Counted from the first letter of the stretch, positions 27,326 to 37,875 are shown. The stretch: 64,000 nt of DNA from Candidatus Methylomirabilia bacterium (GCA_041496385.1 JBGQEL010000007.1:7570-71569), one strand, 5' to 3'. Numbers and translations are program-made. The notes: a model not told the origin generated them from the letters alone.

Positions 27326-27900
27326 GGCCCCGCGCGTTCGCGGCGGCGGCGCTCGGGGCGGTGGCCCTTCTCGGCGGCGCGCCAGCCCTCGCGGCGTCGT
27401 TCGTGCTCGCGTCCGGCGACCGGGAGAGCGCGCTCCGCGTGGGGCGGCGCGCCGTGACGAACGACGCATTCGACACCGAGTGGCGCGTCGCGAACGGCGC
27501 CGGCGACAGCGCGATGGTCGTGACGCCCTTCCACCGCCTCGTCCTGGCCGCGCGGCACGCCGCGTTCCGGAACGAGCGGATGAAGCCGGACGAGCCCGAG
27601 CGGCTCCTGCGCGAGCAGCAGGACCGCCTCCTGATCTGGACCCAGCTCCGCGGCCCTCGAGAGGATTTCGCGCGCTTCTACGCGCCCCGGCTGCTTCTGG
27701 GCGACCGCGAGATCGAGCCCGCCTTCGTCCAGAACGAGCGCACGGCCGCGCGCCAGGACACGGGCGGCTACCTCGCGCGGTGCGTCTACGCCTTTCCGAC
27801 CCGGGACCTCACCGGGAGGTCGCGCGTCCTGCTGGTCGTTCGCGACGCCGATGGCCGCGACGTCAGCCGCTTCACGATCGATCTGTCCACGATGCGTTGA
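27322..27900 (+). CDS. hypothetical secreted protein
   Basis: GTGA overlap with the M16 gene. Signal peptide MRPRAFAAAALGAVALLGGAPALA. No recognisable domain. Confidence 0.5.
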   Translation: MRPRAFAAAALGAVALLGGAPALAASFVLASGDRESALRVGRRAVTNDAFDTEWRVANGAGDSAMVVTPFHRLVLAARHAAFRNERMKPDEPERLLREQQDRLLIWTQLRGPREDFARFYAPRLLLGDREIEPAFVQNERTAARQDTGGYLARCVYAFPTRDLTGRSRVLLVVRDADGRDVSRFTIDLSTMR

Positions 27901-27906
27901 CGGGAC

Positions 27907-28788
27907 ATGCGGCGCGCGATGGTGACGAGGGCCGCCTTCCCCCTCCACGGATACGCCGGGGCGGCGGTGATCGTCGGCGCCGAGGCGTTGCTGGTCGCTG
28001 GCTCTCCCGTCGTCGGCCGGTGGTTCACGCCGATCGTGTGGACCGGCTACGTTCTCCTCATGGACGCGGTCGTGGCGCGACTCACCGGCCGCTCCTACCT
28101 CACGACCGACCGCCTGGAGGGCGTGCTGGTTGCCCTGGCGTCGGTCGCGTGCTGGTGGCTCTTCGAGTGGTACAACGCCCCTCGCTTCTGGCGCGGCGGC
28201 GCCGACGCGGCCGGCCTCTGGTGGCAGTACCACGGTCTGGAGCCCGATCTCTTCCTGCGCCGGGTCGGCTACGACTGGTCCTTCGCGACGATCTTTCCCG
28301 GGCTCTTCCTGACTGCGGCGGCCCTGCGCGCCACGGTGTTCGCGCAGGCCCGGGTCAGGCCCTGGCGCCCGCCCGACGGGTTCCTGACGCTGTCCGTCGC
28401 CGTCGGCGCGCTGAGCGCCGCGCTTCCGCTGCTGCTCGTCTCCGTGTGGCTCGTGCCGCTCGTCTGGACGAGCTGGGCCCTCTTGCTGGAGCCGCTGAAC
28501 CGCCGGCGCGGGCGCCCCTCCTGGCTCGCTGACCTGGGGGCGGGCGACGCGTCGCGACTGCTCTCGCTCCTCGGCAGCGGTCTCGTGTGCGGGCTGCTCT
28601 GGGAGTTCTGGAACTACTGGGCGCGGACCAGGTGGACATACACGGTGCCGTACCCGCCCGACGTGAAGCTGTTCGAGATGCCGGTGCTCGGCTATCTCGG
28701 CTTCCTGCCGTTCGCCCTCGAGTGCTTCGCCCTGTATCACTGGCTTCGCGGCCTCCTGGGCGAGGGGTGGCGGAGCCCGGTGCTATAA
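27907..28788 (+). CDS. hypothetical polytopic membrane protein (Trp-rich)
   Basis: 293 aa with 7-8 hydrophobic segments. Co-directional with the M16 pair. Confidence 0.5.
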   Translation: MRRAMVTRAAFPLHGYAGAAVIVGAEALLVAGSPVVGRWFTPIVWTGYVLLMDAVVARLTGRSYLTTDRLEGVLVALASVACWWLFEWYNAPRFWRGGADAAGLWWQYHGLEPDLFLRRVGYDWSFATIFPGLFLTAAALRATVFAQARVRPWRPPDGFLTLSVAVGALSAALPLLLVSVWLVPLVWTSWALLLEPLNRRRGRPSWLADLGAGDASRLLSLLGSGLVCGLLWEFWNYWARTRWTYTVPYPPDVKLFEMPVLGYLGFLPFALECFALYHWLRGLLGEGWRSPVL

Positions 28789-28824
28789 TCCGCTCCGCGA
28801 AACCCGACCACGGAGGTCATTCCC

Positions 28825-29793
28825 ATGAAAGCCATTCGTGTGCACGCTCCCGGCGGTCCCGAGGCGCTCAAGTACGAGGATGTTCCCGAGCCCACCCCGA
28901 AGGCGGGTGAGGCGGTCGTCAAGGTCGACGCCGCCGGGCTCAACTACATCGACGTCTACCAGCGTAGCGGCCTCTACAAGCTCGAACTGCCGATCACGCT
29001 CGGGCTCGAGGCCGGCGGCGCCGTGACCGCCGTGGGCTCGGGCGTCAGCGAGGTGAAGGTCGGCGACAAAGTCGCCTACACGGGCGTTCCCGGCGCGTAC
29101 GCGCAGTACGCCGCGGTGCCCGCGCAGCGCTTGGTCGTGCTGCCGGCGGGGCTCAGCACCAAGCAGGGCGCCGCGATGATGCTCCAGGGGATGACCGCCC
29201 ACTACCTCGCGTGCTCCACCTACCCGCTGAAGAAGGGCGACACCTGCCTCGTCCACGCAGCGGCGGGCGGCGTCGGGCTCATCCTCTGCCAGATCGCCAG
29301 GATGCGGGGCGCGCGCGTCATCGGCACGGTGTCCACCGACGAGAAGGCCAAGCTCGCGCGCGACGCGGGGGCCGACGAGGTCATCCTGTACACCACGCAG
29401 GACTTCGAGGCGGAGGTGAAGCGGATCACGGGCGGCAAGGGCTGCCAGGTCGTCTATGACTCGGTCGGCAAGACGACGTTCGACAAGGGGTTCAACTGCC
29501 TCGCGCCGCGTGGTCTGATGGCGCTCTACGGACAGTCCAGTGGCCCCATCGGTGCCTTCGACCCCCAGACGCTCAACGCCAAGGGCTCGCTCTTCCTCAC
29601 GCGCCCGAGCCTCGGCCACTACATCGCGACGCGCGAGGAGCTCGTGCAGCGCGCGACGGAACTCGCCGGATGGATCACGTCGGGTAAGCTCCGGCTCCGG
29701 ATGGAGTTCGAGTTCCCGCTGAAGGATGCCGCCGACGCGCACCGCGCCCTCGAGGGCCGGAAGACGACGGGCAAAGTCATCCTGGTGCCGTGA
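28825..29793 (+). CDS. qor: NADPH:quinone oxidoreductase (MDR/zinc-binding dehydrogenase superfamily)
   Basis: GGAGG RBS. GroES-like N-domain and a Rossmann domain ([22 protein letters not shown]). 322 aa. Confidence 0.85.
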   Translation: MKAIRVHAPGGPEALKYEDVPEPTPKAGEAVVKVDAAGLNYIDVYQRSGLYKLELPITLGLEAGGAVTAVGSGVSEVKVGDKVAYTGVPGAYAQYAAVPAQRLVVLPAGLSTKQGAAMMLQGMTAHYLACSTYPLKKGDTCLVHAAAGGVGLILCQIARMRGARVIGTVSTDEKAKLARDAGADEVILYTTQDFEAEVKRITGGKGCQVVYDSVGKTTFDKGFNCLAPRGLMALYGQSSGPIGAFDPQTLNAKGSLFLTRPSLGHYIATREELVQRATELAGWITSGKLRLRMEFEFPLKDAADAHRALEGRKTTGKVILVP

Positions 29794-29861
29794 ACGGGGA
29801 GTCCCGGAAGAGGGAGTTCCGCCCGCTGAGCTAGGCTAGAATGGACCCTGGAGGTGCGCCC

Positions 29862-30794
29862 ATGAAATCTCGAGCCCTTCTGACCCTGCTTGGACTGGGC
29901 CTTGCGTCTTTGATTCTGCTGGATGCCGGGAGCGTCTGGGCGCGTGCGACGGGCGGCGGCAGCCGCGGCTCGCGCTCCTACTCGGCGCCCGCGAGCCCTT
30001 CGCCGTCTCCGATGTCCCCCTCGAACCCGACGAGCCCCTCGCGCACGTTCGCTCAGCCCCCGCCGCAGCGCCCGAGCTTCTTCGGCGGCCTGATGGGCGG
30101 CATCGCGGGCTTCGCCCTCGGCGGCCTCATCGGTTCCATGCTGTTCGGCGGGATGGGCGGAGGCCTCGGCGGCGGCATCGGCCTCCTCGAGATCCTGCTG
30201 GTCGGCGGCGGCGTGTTCCTGTTGATGCGCATGATCCGCTCGCGCCAGAGCGAGCCCCAGCCCGCCTACGCGGGAGCAAGCGCCTACGGCGGCGAGAGCC
30301 AGGGCTCGCCGGGCGGTGGTGTCGCGGTCGAGACGCCGGCGGCGCCCTCCGATCTCGAGCGCGGCGTCGGCTACCTCCGTCAGATGGATCCGGGCTTCGA
30401 TTCGGTCGCGTTCGCCCAGTGGGCGCAGCGCACGTTCGCGGACGTCCAGGACGGGATCACCCGCCGGGACCTGGGCCTCGTGGGCGACCGGCTTACGCCG
30501 CAGGAGTACGCGCGTCTGCAGGGCCAGTGCGACCAGCTCCGCGGCGCGCGGCAGACGAACCGCGTGGAGCAGATCCAGTTCAAGCGCGTCGAGCTGACCG
30601 AGGCGTGGCAGGAGAGCGGCCAGGACTGGGCGACGGTCTACGTCACGGCCTCGCTCGCCGACTACACCGTGGACGACTCGACCGGCGGGCTCGTGGACGG
30701 TTCGAAGACTCCCCAGGACATCGCGGAGTACTGGACCTTCACGCGGCCCGTGGGTCCGAAGCCCTGGCGTCTATCGGCGATCCAGGCGTCGTAA
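29862..30794 (+). CDS. Tim44-like domain membrane protein
   Basis: GGAGGTG RBS. Signal/TM segment, then a Ser/Pro-rich segment, a Gly-rich hydrophobic segment, and a C-terminal Tim44-like/NTF2-like domain (DVQDGITRRDLGLVGDRLTPQEYARL ... IAEYWTFTR). Confidence 0.7.
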   Translation: MKSRALLTLLGLGLASLILLDAGSVWARATGGGSRGSRSYSAPASPSPSPMSPSNPTSPSRTFAQPPPQRPSFFGGLMGGIAGFALGGLIGSMLFGGMGGGLGGGIGLLEILLVGGGVFLLMRMIRSRQSEPQPAYAGASAYGGESQGSPGGGVAVETPAAPSDLERGVGYLRQMDPGFDSVAFAQWAQRTFADVQDGITRRDLGLVGDRLTPQEYARLQGQCDQLRGARQTNRVEQIQFKRVELTEAWQESGQDWATVYVTASLADYTVDDSTGGLVDGSKTPQDIAEYWTFTRPVGPKPWRLSAIQAS

Positions 30795-30813
30795 CCGTTC
30801 TCGGGGGTGCGCG

Positions 30814-32445
30814 TTGACGCGCGCCTTGAAGTGGGTCTTCGGTCTCTTCGCGGCGATCGCCGTCCTGGCGATCGCCGCGATTCTCATACTCCCCCTCCTG
30901 ATCAACACGTCGCGTGCCCAGGGACTCATCGCGTCGACCGCCTCGCAGATGCTCAACCGCACCGTCAAGTTCGCGTCGGTGTCCGTCGCGCTTGCCCCGC
31001 GCCCGGCGATCAAGCTGCACGACCTCGAGATCGCCGAGGATCCACGCTTCGGCTCGGCCCCCTTCCTCAAACTCGACACCGGCCGGCTCGCGCTGAAAGT
31101 CCGCCCGCTCCTCTCGGGACGCGTCGAGTTCGGTGACCTGACGCTCCAGCGGCCGACGATCGCGATCGTCCGCAACGCCGACGGCGTGATGAACGTGGCG
31201 AGCCTCGGGAGCGCCCCCGAGTCGCGCAGCCCGGCGCGCGGCGGCCGGAGCGCCGGCGCGCCGGGGAGCGGCGGAGCACCCGTGGCGCTGCCGGGGCGCG
31301 TGAGGATCGAGCAGGGCACCGTGAGCTACGTCACCCAGGGCAGGGCGGGCGGGCTCTCGCGCTTCCGGGTGGAGCGTCTGGACCTCACGCTCGGCGCGGG
31401 CGCCGGCGCGCTCACGTTCGAAGGCGCGGCGCGCGTGATGCCAGGAGACCTCGGCGTCACGATCGCCGAGGGCCGGATCGCGTTGAACGGCGCCCGGAGT
31501 GTGCTCGAGGCGCCCGTGAGCGCGCGCGTGGGCCTCGACGGCAAGGACGTCGTCGAGCTCGTCGCCGTCGCGGCGGGGCCTACCCCCTCGGTCGCTGGCC
31601 CGGTCAAGGGTGAGCTGACGCTCGGCGGGACGCTCGGCTCGCCGAAGGCGGCCGGCACTCTGGAGCTCGCGAGCCCGCGGATCACGCAGCTGATCGCCGC
31701 GTGCCCGGAGCCCAAGCGGCGAACGCTGACCCTCACCGCGCTGAAGCTTGCCGGCCTGTCGGGGGACGGCGGTCGCCTGACGAGCCGTCCCGTCACGGCC
31801 GGCCTCGCCGGCGGAACGATCGCGCTGAGCCTCGCGGCGACGCTCGACCACGGCGTACGCGTCGAGGTCGCCGAGCTCGGGATCAAGGGGCTGCCCCTGG
31901 AGCGCGTGCTCGTCGACTTTCTCTGCCAGGGCTACGCCGTGACGGGCCCCCTCGACCTCGACGGCGCGCTCGCGTTCGACGCGGCCGACCCCCTGGGCAC
32001 GCTCTCGGGTTCGGGGCGCCTCCGCATCGGGGCGGGGCGCGTGGTCGGCGCGCAGGCGCTCGCGCTGATCGGCGGCGTGGTCCGCATCGGCGGGGCGCTC
32101 TCCGCGCTCCTGAGCGCCGACCTGCCGACGTCGCTCTTCGCGTCGCCGCTCGAGTTCGACTCGATCACGGGGACCTACCGGATCGTCGACGGCGTCGTCA
32201 CGACCCGCGACCTCGTATACGCCAGCCGCGTCATGAAGGTGGCGGTCGCGGGTGACTACGGGCTCGCGACCGGCCGCATGAACCTCGACATGGTCGTGAA
32301 TCACGGCCGCGGCGAGGTCAAGGCCAGGGTGACGGGCACCGCGGCGTCGCCGTCCATCCGCGTCGATCCGTCGACGCTGGTGCGCGACGCGGATCGCCAG
32401 AAGATCGAGAGCGGACTCAAGGATCTTCTCAAGCGGTTCCGCTGA
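30814..32445 (+). CDS. AsmA-family protein (outer-membrane assembly/lipid transport-like)
   Basis: N-terminal TM anchor, then a long beta-rich Gly/Ala-rich periplasmic region with the AsmA C-terminal pattern (VTTRDLVYASRVMKVAVAGDYGLATGRMNLDMVV). 543 aa. Confidence 0.7.
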   Translation: MTRALKWVFGLFAAIAVLAIAAILILPLLINTSRAQGLIASTASQMLNRTVKFASVSVALAPRPAIKLHDLEIAEDPRFGSAPFLKLDTGRLALKVRPLLSGRVEFGDLTLQRPTIAIVRNADGVMNVASLGSAPESRSPARGGRSAGAPGSGGAPVALPGRVRIEQGTVSYVTQGRAGGLSRFRVERLDLTLGAGAGALTFEGAARVMPGDLGVTIAEGRIALNGARSVLEAPVSARVGLDGKDVVELVAVAAGPTPSVAGPVKGELTLGGTLGSPKAAGTLELASPRITQLIAACPEPKRRTLTLTALKLAGLSGDGGRLTSRPVTAGLAGGTIALSLAATLDHGVRVEVAELGIKGLPLERVLVDFLCQGYAVTGPLDLDGALAFDAADPLGTLSGSGRLRIGAGRVVGAQALALIGGVVRIGGALSALLSADLPTSLFASPLEFDSITGTYRIVDGVVTTRDLVYASRVMKVAVAGDYGLATGRMNLDMVVNHGRGEVKARVTGTAASPSIRVDPSTLVRDADRQKIESGLKDLLKRFR

Positions 32446-33250
32446 AGCGGCCGCCGCCGACCTTCCCCGACTCCACGAGGGCGACGAAGAAGGCGTAGAG
32501 CTGGTCGTACTCCCGCGCGCGCACTTCCCCGAGCCGCGCCACCGTGTCGTCGCGCATCGCGCGGAACATCTCGAGCCGCCGCCGGAGCACCGCTCGCCAC
32601 TCGGCCGAGAGGTCCTCGGCCTCCACCGCCATGAACCCCGCGCGCCCGAGCAGCGTGCGATACCCGTCGAGGGACTGGAGCGTCGTCGCCGCCATCCACT
32701 CGCGGAGCTGCTCCCGTTCGCGCGCGCCGAGACCCGGATGCGCGACCCAGTCGGTGAACGCGAGCCGCCCCCCGGGGACGAGGACGCGGCGACAGCCCTC
32801 GAGCACCGCGAGCTTGTCGGCGATGTGGAGCAGCGCCTCCTGGCTCACGCAGGCGTCGAACGATCGGTCGCCGAATGGCAGCGCCGTCGCGTCGCCCCGC
32901 ACCACCGCGACGCGCGGCGCCAGGCCGACCAGGGCGGAGAGCCGGGCGGCGCCGCCGGCGCGGCCGGCGTTGAGCTCCAGGGCCACGACCCGGCAGCTGC
33001 GGCGGCTCGCGAGGAAACGGGCGGGCCCGGCGAGGCCGGCGCACACGTCGAGGACCCGGCTCGTGGCGCCGATGCCGGCCCGGCGGGCCAGGGCGTCCAC
33101 CGCGGCGAGCCCCCCGTAGTGGTCCTGGTCGAACTCGAAGAGCTCCTCCGGGGTGAGGCCCGAGACGTCGCCGCCGCGCCGACGGGCGACGGCGGCTAGC
33201 ACCTGCTGCTCGCTGATAGGATGGCGGTCGTAGAAGTCGTTCATGCGCAT
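32429..33250 (-). CDS. class I SAM-dependent methyltransferase
   Basis: Motif I VLDVCAGLAG, motif post-I VVALELN, LVPGGRLAF. 273 aa. The convergent 3' end overlaps the asmA-like gene by 17 nt. Confidence 0.75.
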   Translation of the reverse strand: MRMNDFYDRHPISEQQVLAAVARRRGGDVSGLTPEELFEFDQDHYGGLAAVDALARRAGIGATSRVLDVCAGLAGPARFLASRRSCRVVALELNAGRAGGAARLSALVGLAPRVAVVRGDATALPFGDRSFDACVSQEALLHIADKLAVLEGCRRVLVPGGRLAFTDWVAHPGLGAREREQLREWMAATTLQSLDGYRTLLGRAGFMAVEAEDLSAEWRAVLRRRLEMFRAMRDDTVARLGEVRAREYDQLYAFFVALVESGKVGGGRFSGTA

Positions 33251-33324
33251 GGCCGCGGCTTGAAGCGCCCGGCCACGTATGATAAAAGCAATCCGTTCTC
33301 ACCACACCTCGGCGAGGGAAGCCC

Positions 33325-34455
33325 ATGAGCAGCGAGAGCAAAGGCGGTCTCGAGGACGTCGTCGTCTCCACGTCGGACATCTGCTTCATCGACGGGCGCG
33401 AGGGGCGGCTCGTCTACCGGGGCTTCGACGTCAACGATCTCGTCGAGCACTCCTCCTTCGAAGAGGTCGTCTACCTCCTGTGGCACGGGAACCTGCCGAG
33501 CCGGAAGGAGCTGGCGGCGCACCTGAGGGTGCTGTCGTCGAGCGCCACCCGCAAGCTCCGGCCCAAGCTCGTCACCATGCTCCGCGCGTTCCCCAAGAAG
33601 ACGACGCCGATGGAGGTGCTCCGCACCGGCGTGTCCGCGCTCTCCGCGTTCGACCCGGACGCCGCCGACAACTCGCGCGAGGCGACGACGCGCAAGGCGA
33701 TCCGGCTCCAGGCCCAGATGCCGGCGCTGGTGGCCGCGTGGGAGCGGATCCGTCGCGGCCGGCCGCTCGTCGCGCCGAACCCGAAGCTCTCGCTGGCCGC
33801 CAACTTCCTTTACATGATGAGCGGGAAGAAGCCGACGCCGCTCGAGGTCAAGACCTTCGACGTCGCGCTCATCCTGCACGCCGACCACGAGTTCAACGCC
33901 TCCACGTTTGCCGCCCGCGTGACCGCGGCGACCCTCTCCGACCTGCACTCGGCGATCACCTCGGCGATCGGCGCGCTCAAGGGCCCCCTCCACGGCGGCG
34001 CGAACGAGCAGGTGATGCTGATGGTCGAGCAGATCAAGACGCCGGAGCGCGCGGAGGCATGGATTCGCAAGGCGCTCGCCGACAAGGCGCGGGTCATGGG
34101 GTTCGGCCATCGGGTCTATCGGGTCGAGGACCCGCGCGCCAAGCACCTGCGCCGGCTCGCGACGGAGCTGGGCCGGCAGATGGGGAACACGAGCTACGTC
34201 CAGATCCTCGACACCGTCGCGCGCGTCGTCTCCGAGGACAAGCACATCTTCCCGAACGTGGACCTGTTCTCGGGCGCCGCCTACAAGTCCATGGGGATCC
34301 CGACCGACCAGTTCACGCCGATCTTCGCGATCAGCCGCGTCGCGGGGTGGGCCGCGCACGTCATGGAGCAGCACGCCAACAACCGGCTGATCCGCCCGCG
34401 CGCCGAGTACACCGGACCGACGCACGCCACCTACGTCCCGCTCGACCGCCGCTAG
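33325..34455 (+). CDS. citrate synthase (small bacterial type; could be 2-methylcitrate synthase)
   Basis: Citrate synthase signature GFGHRVYRVEDPRA with catalytic His/Asp context. 376 aa. Confidence 0.85.
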   Translation: MSSESKGGLEDVVVSTSDICFIDGREGRLVYRGFDVNDLVEHSSFEEVVYLLWHGNLPSRKELAAHLRVLSSSATRKLRPKLVTMLRAFPKKTTPMEVLRTGVSALSAFDPDAADNSREATTRKAIRLQAQMPALVAAWERIRRGRPLVAPNPKLSLAANFLYMMSGKKPTPLEVKTFDVALILHADHEFNASTFAARVTAATLSDLHSAITSAIGALKGPLHGGANEQVMLMVEQIKTPERAEAWIRKALADKARVMGFGHRVYRVEDPRAKHLRRLATELGRQMGNTSYVQILDTVARVVSEDKHIFPNVDLFSGAAYKSMGIPTDQFTPIFAISRVAGWAAHVMEQHANNRLIRPRAEYTGPTHATYVPLDRR

Positions 34456-34479
34456 GCCGGCGCGGGACGACCCCCCGCC

Positions 34480-35277
34480 GTGGGCGCGCGGGTCACGATC
34501 GCGATGTCCGTGTTCAACCAGCTGGCGCTCACGCGCGCGTGCATGGAGAGCCTGCGGGCCACGACGGAGCCGTTCCGGCTCGTCGTCATCGACAACGGTT
34601 CGACCGACGACACCCCTCGCTTCTTCGAGGGCTTCGAGTATCCGTATCCGCTCCGCTTCGAGCGCAACCCCGAGAATCGTTCCGTGATCGCCACGCTCAA
34701 CCGGGCGTGGCGCCTGGCGGAGACCGAGTACCTCTGCTTTCTCCACAACGACACCGAGCTCGTCGAGCCCGCGTGGCTCGCGCGGCTGCTGGCGACGCTC
34801 GCCGAGCCGGCGGCGGGGCTCGCCGGGCTCGAGGGCGTCAAGCGTCTCCGCCGGAACGGACGCTACGTCGGGCGGACCCTCGTCCACAGCTTCGCCGCGG
34901 GGCCGACCGTCCGGGCGCCGCGGGAGGAGGTCGCCGTCGTGGACTCGGTCTGTATGTGCCTGTCACGCGCGCTCCTCGAAGAGGTCGGCGGTCTCGACGA
35001 GGGCTACGGCTTCTATCACGGCCTCGACCGGGACCTCTCGCTGGCGGTGCGCGAGCTCGGCCGGCGCTGCTTCGTGGTGCTCGCGCCGTTCGTGCATCAC
35101 GGCGGAGGCACGCGCACCCGCGATTTCGGCGCGCGCCCGGAGCGCGAGCGCCTCGACCTGGCCGCGCGCCGCGAGGTGCTCGAGCGGTTCCGGGCGAAGT
35201 GGGGTCACCGTCTGCCGTGCGACGTACGCTCGCGGCCCGAGCGCCTGGCCGCGTGGTTCCGGGGCAGGCGCGCATGA
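34480..35277 (+). CDS. glycosyltransferase family 2
   Basis: GT-A fold motifs (VVIDNGSTDDT, LHNDTEL, DxD-like). 265 aa. Confidence 0.7.
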   Translation: MGARVTIAMSVFNQLALTRACMESLRATTEPFRLVVIDNGSTDDTPRFFEGFEYPYPLRFERNPENRSVIATLNRAWRLAETEYLCFLHNDTELVEPAWLARLLATLAEPAAGLAGLEGVKRLRRNGRYVGRTLVHSFAAGPTVRAPREEVAVVDSVCMCLSRALLEEVGGLDEGYGFYHGLDRDLSLAVRELGRRCFVVLAPFVHHGGGTRTRDFGARPERERLDLAARREVLERFRAKWGHRLPCDVRSRPERLAAWFRGRRA

Positions 35278-36437
35278 GGCCCCTGCGCATCGGGATCGTC
35301 GGGGCCCGGTTCGCCGCGGACCTGCACGCCGTCAACTACCGCCCGCTCCTCGGGACGAAGGTCGAGCTCGCCGCCGTGTGCGCCCGGACTCGCGCCGACG
35401 CCGAGACCTTCGCGCGGCACCACGCGATCGCGCGCGTCTTCACCGATCATCGCGAGCTGGTCGCCTCGTCCGACGTCGACGTGGTGGACATCTGCTCGAC
35501 GACCGACAGCCACCACGAGATCGCGATCGCCGCGGCGCGTGCCGGCAAGCACGTGATCGTCGAGAAGCCGCTGACGGGCGCGTTCGTCGAGGGCAGCGAG
35601 CCGCGCGAGGCGATGCTCGAGCAGGCGCTCCGGAATTGCGACGCCGTGCTCGAGGCCGTGGCCCGGGCAGGGGTCGTGCTCTGCTATGCGGAGGATTTCG
35701 TCTACGCGCCGCCCGTGGCCAAGCTCCGGCGGCTGCTGGACGCGTCCGGCGGCACCATTCTGGAATTGCGCGCGGAGGAGAGTCACTCGGGGTCGCACGC
35801 GGCCTACGCCAGCCGCTGGCGGAGCTCCGGCGGCGGCTCACTCCTCCGGATGGGCTCCCACCCGGTCGGCGTGGTCCTTCACCTCAAGCACTACGAAGGC
35901 ACGAAGCGTGGCGGACGGCCGATCCGCGCGCGCAGCGTCACCGCCGACGTCGCGCAGCTCACCAAGCTCCCCGCGGTCGAGGGGCGCACGGCGCACATCA
36001 AGGCGCGCCCCGAGGACGTGGAGGACTGGGCCGTCGCGCTGATCACCTTCGAGGACGGGACGAAGGCCACGGTCCACTCGAACGACGTCACCCTGGGCGG
36101 CGTCCGGAACGTCGTGACCGCGTACCTGACCAACGGGATCGTCCAGGCGAACATCAACCCCAACAACGCCGTCGCCGCCTACGCGCCCGACGCGGGCGTT
36201 TGGGGCGAGGAGTACATCACCGAGAAGGTCGAGACCAAGGGCGGCTGGCAGTTCCCGAGCCCCGAGGAGGACTGGATGCGCGGCTATCCGCAGGAGCTGG
36301 CGGACTTCGCGGACGCGATCCTGGAGCGTCGCGAGCCGCTGTCCGGCGCGCGGCTCGCCCGTGAGGTGGTCGAGGTGATCTACGCTGGCTACCTCTCGGC
36401 GGCGACGGGTCGCCGTGTGGAGTTGCCGCGGCCATGA
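35274..36437 (+). CDS. Gfo/Idh/MocA-family NAD(P)-dependent oxidoreductase
   Basis: ATGA overlap with the GT2 gene. N-terminal Rossmann (LRIGIVGARFAA ... HVIVEKPL). 387 aa. Confidence 0.8.
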   Translation: MRPLRIGIVGARFAADLHAVNYRPLLGTKVELAAVCARTRADAETFARHHAIARVFTDHRELVASSDVDVVDICSTTDSHHEIAIAAARAGKHVIVEKPLTGAFVEGSEPREAMLEQALRNCDAVLEAVARAGVVLCYAEDFVYAPPVAKLRRLLDASGGTILELRAEESHSGSHAAYASRWRSSGGGSLLRMGSHPVGVVLHLKHYEGTKRGGRPIRARSVTADVAQLTKLPAVEGRTAHIKARPEDVEDWAVALITFEDGTKATVHSNDVTLGGVRNVVTAYLTNGIVQANINPNNAVAAYAPDAGVWGEEYITEKVETKGGWQFPSPEEDWMRGYPQELADFADAILERREPLSGARLAREVVEVIYAGYLSAATGRRVELPRP

Positions 36438-37294
36438 TCCCGTTCTCGAAGGGCCACGGTCTCGGCAACGACTACCTCGTCGTCAACCAGGCGGACCTGA
36501 CGGCGCCCCTCTCGGTCGGAGCGATCCGGAGAATCTGCGACCGGCACTGGGGCGTCGGCTCGGACGGCATCCTCCTCCTCGTGCCGACGACGCGCGCGGA
36601 CTTCGGCCTGCGCATCTTCAACCCCGACGGGAGCGAGGCGGAGAAGTCGGGGAACGGGCTCCGCATCTTCGCCAAATATCTCTGGGACCGGGGCCACGCC
36701 AGGACGGCGACGTTCACCGTGGACACCAAGGGCGGCGTGGTCGAGTGCCGGTGCCGTGTCGAGGACGGCCGCGTGAACTTCGTGACCGTCGAGATGGGAC
36801 GCGCGACGTTCCGCGCGCCGGAGATCCCGATGAACGGCCCCGATCGTGACGTGGTCGCAGCACCGCTGCAGCTCGGGGACGGCACCACGCTGCGCGTGAC
36901 GGCGGTCTCGGTGGGGAACCCGCACTGCGTGACCTTCGTGGACCGTCTCGACGAGGCCGAGTGTCGGCGGCTCGGCCCACTCATCGAGAGCCACCCGGCG
37001 TTTCCGAACCGGACCAACGTGCAGTTCGCCCGCGTCCACGCGCGCGACAGGGTCGACATCCTCATCTGGGAGCGCGGGGCCGGCTTCACGCTGGCCTCGG
37101 GGTCGTCGTCCTGCGGGGCCGCCTCGGCCGCCGTGCGGAACGGCCTCTGCGACCACGGGCGCGTGCGCGTCAGGATGCCGGGGGGCGAGCTCGTCATCGA
37201 GGTGCGGCCCGACTGGTCGCTCCGGCTCGAGGGGCCCGTCGAGGAGGTCTGCACGGGCACGCTCTCGGCCGAGTTCGCGGCCTCGCTGTCGTGA
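36434..37294 (+). CDS. dapF: diaminopimelate epimerase
   Basis: ATGA overlap. Motifs GLGNDYLVV and SVGNPHCVTFV with the two catalytic Cys regions. 286 aa. Confidence 0.85.
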   Translation: MIPFSKGHGLGNDYLVVNQADLTAPLSVGAIRRICDRHWGVGSDGILLLVPTTRADFGLRIFNPDGSEAEKSGNGLRIFAKYLWDRGHARTATFTVDTKGGVVECRCRVEDGRVNFVTVEMGRATFRAPEIPMNGPDRDVVAAPLQLGDGTTLRVTAVSVGNPHCVTFVDRLDEAECRRLGPLIESHPAFPNRTNVQFARVHARDRVDILIWERGAGFTLASGSSSCGAASAAVRNGLCDHGRVRVRMPGGELVIEVRPDWSLRLEGPVEEVCTGTLSAEFAASLS

Positions 37295-37875
37295 AGCGGC
37301 TCTGCGTGTTCTGCGGGTCCTCCGAGGGAGCGCGGCCGGCCTACGCGGGCGCCACGCGCGCGCTCGGCGACGAGCTCGTGTCGCGCGGACTCGGCCTCGT
37401 GTACGGCGGCGGCTCGGTGGGCCTCATGGGCGTGCTCGCCGACACCGTGCTCGCGCGGGGCGGCGAGGTCATCGGTGTCATTCCCGGGCCGCTCGCCACG
37501 CGCGAGCTCGCGCACGCGGGGCTCAGCGAGATGCGCGTCGTCGGGAGCATGCACGAGCGCAAGGCGACGATGGCCCGGCTCGCCGACGGCTTCGTCGCGC
37601 TGCCCGGCGGCCTCGGAACCTTCGAGGAGACGCTCGAGATGCTCACGTGGTCCCAGCTCGGGATCCACGCGAAGCCCGTGGGCGCGCTCAACGTCGAGGG
37701 CTACTGGGACGGGCTCCGCGCGATGCTCGCCCACGCGGTCGCCGAACGCTTTGTCCGTCCCGAGTTCGCGGCGCTCCTCCTCTTCGAGCCGGCGCCCGGT
37801 ACGCTTCTCGACCGCCTCGCCGCGTGGCGGCCGCCGGCCCTCGCGCGCGCGTGGCTCCGTCCCGACCAGACGTGA
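37291..37875 (+). CDS. LOG-family protein (cytokinin riboside 5'-monophosphate phosphoribohydrolase-like, TIGR00730)
   Basis: GTGA overlap with dapF. Motifs VFCGSS, LVYGGGSVGLMG and GGLGTFEE (PGGxGTxxE). Confidence 0.8.
   Translation: MKRLCVFCGSSEGARPAYAGATRALGDELVSRGLGLVYGGGSVGLMGVLADTVLARGGEVIGVIPGPLATRELAHAGLSEMRVVGSMHERKATMARLADGFVALPGGLGTFEETLEMLTWSQLGIHAKPVGALNVEGYWDGLRAMLAHAVAERFVRPEFAALLLFEPAPGTLLDRLAAWRPPALARAWLRPDQT

Noticed and set aside
33259-33282. Sigma-70-like promoter upstream of citrate synthase (TTGAAG ... TATGAT).
   Set aside because: The spacer is only 12 nt, which is outside the 16-19 nt range, so I did not call it.
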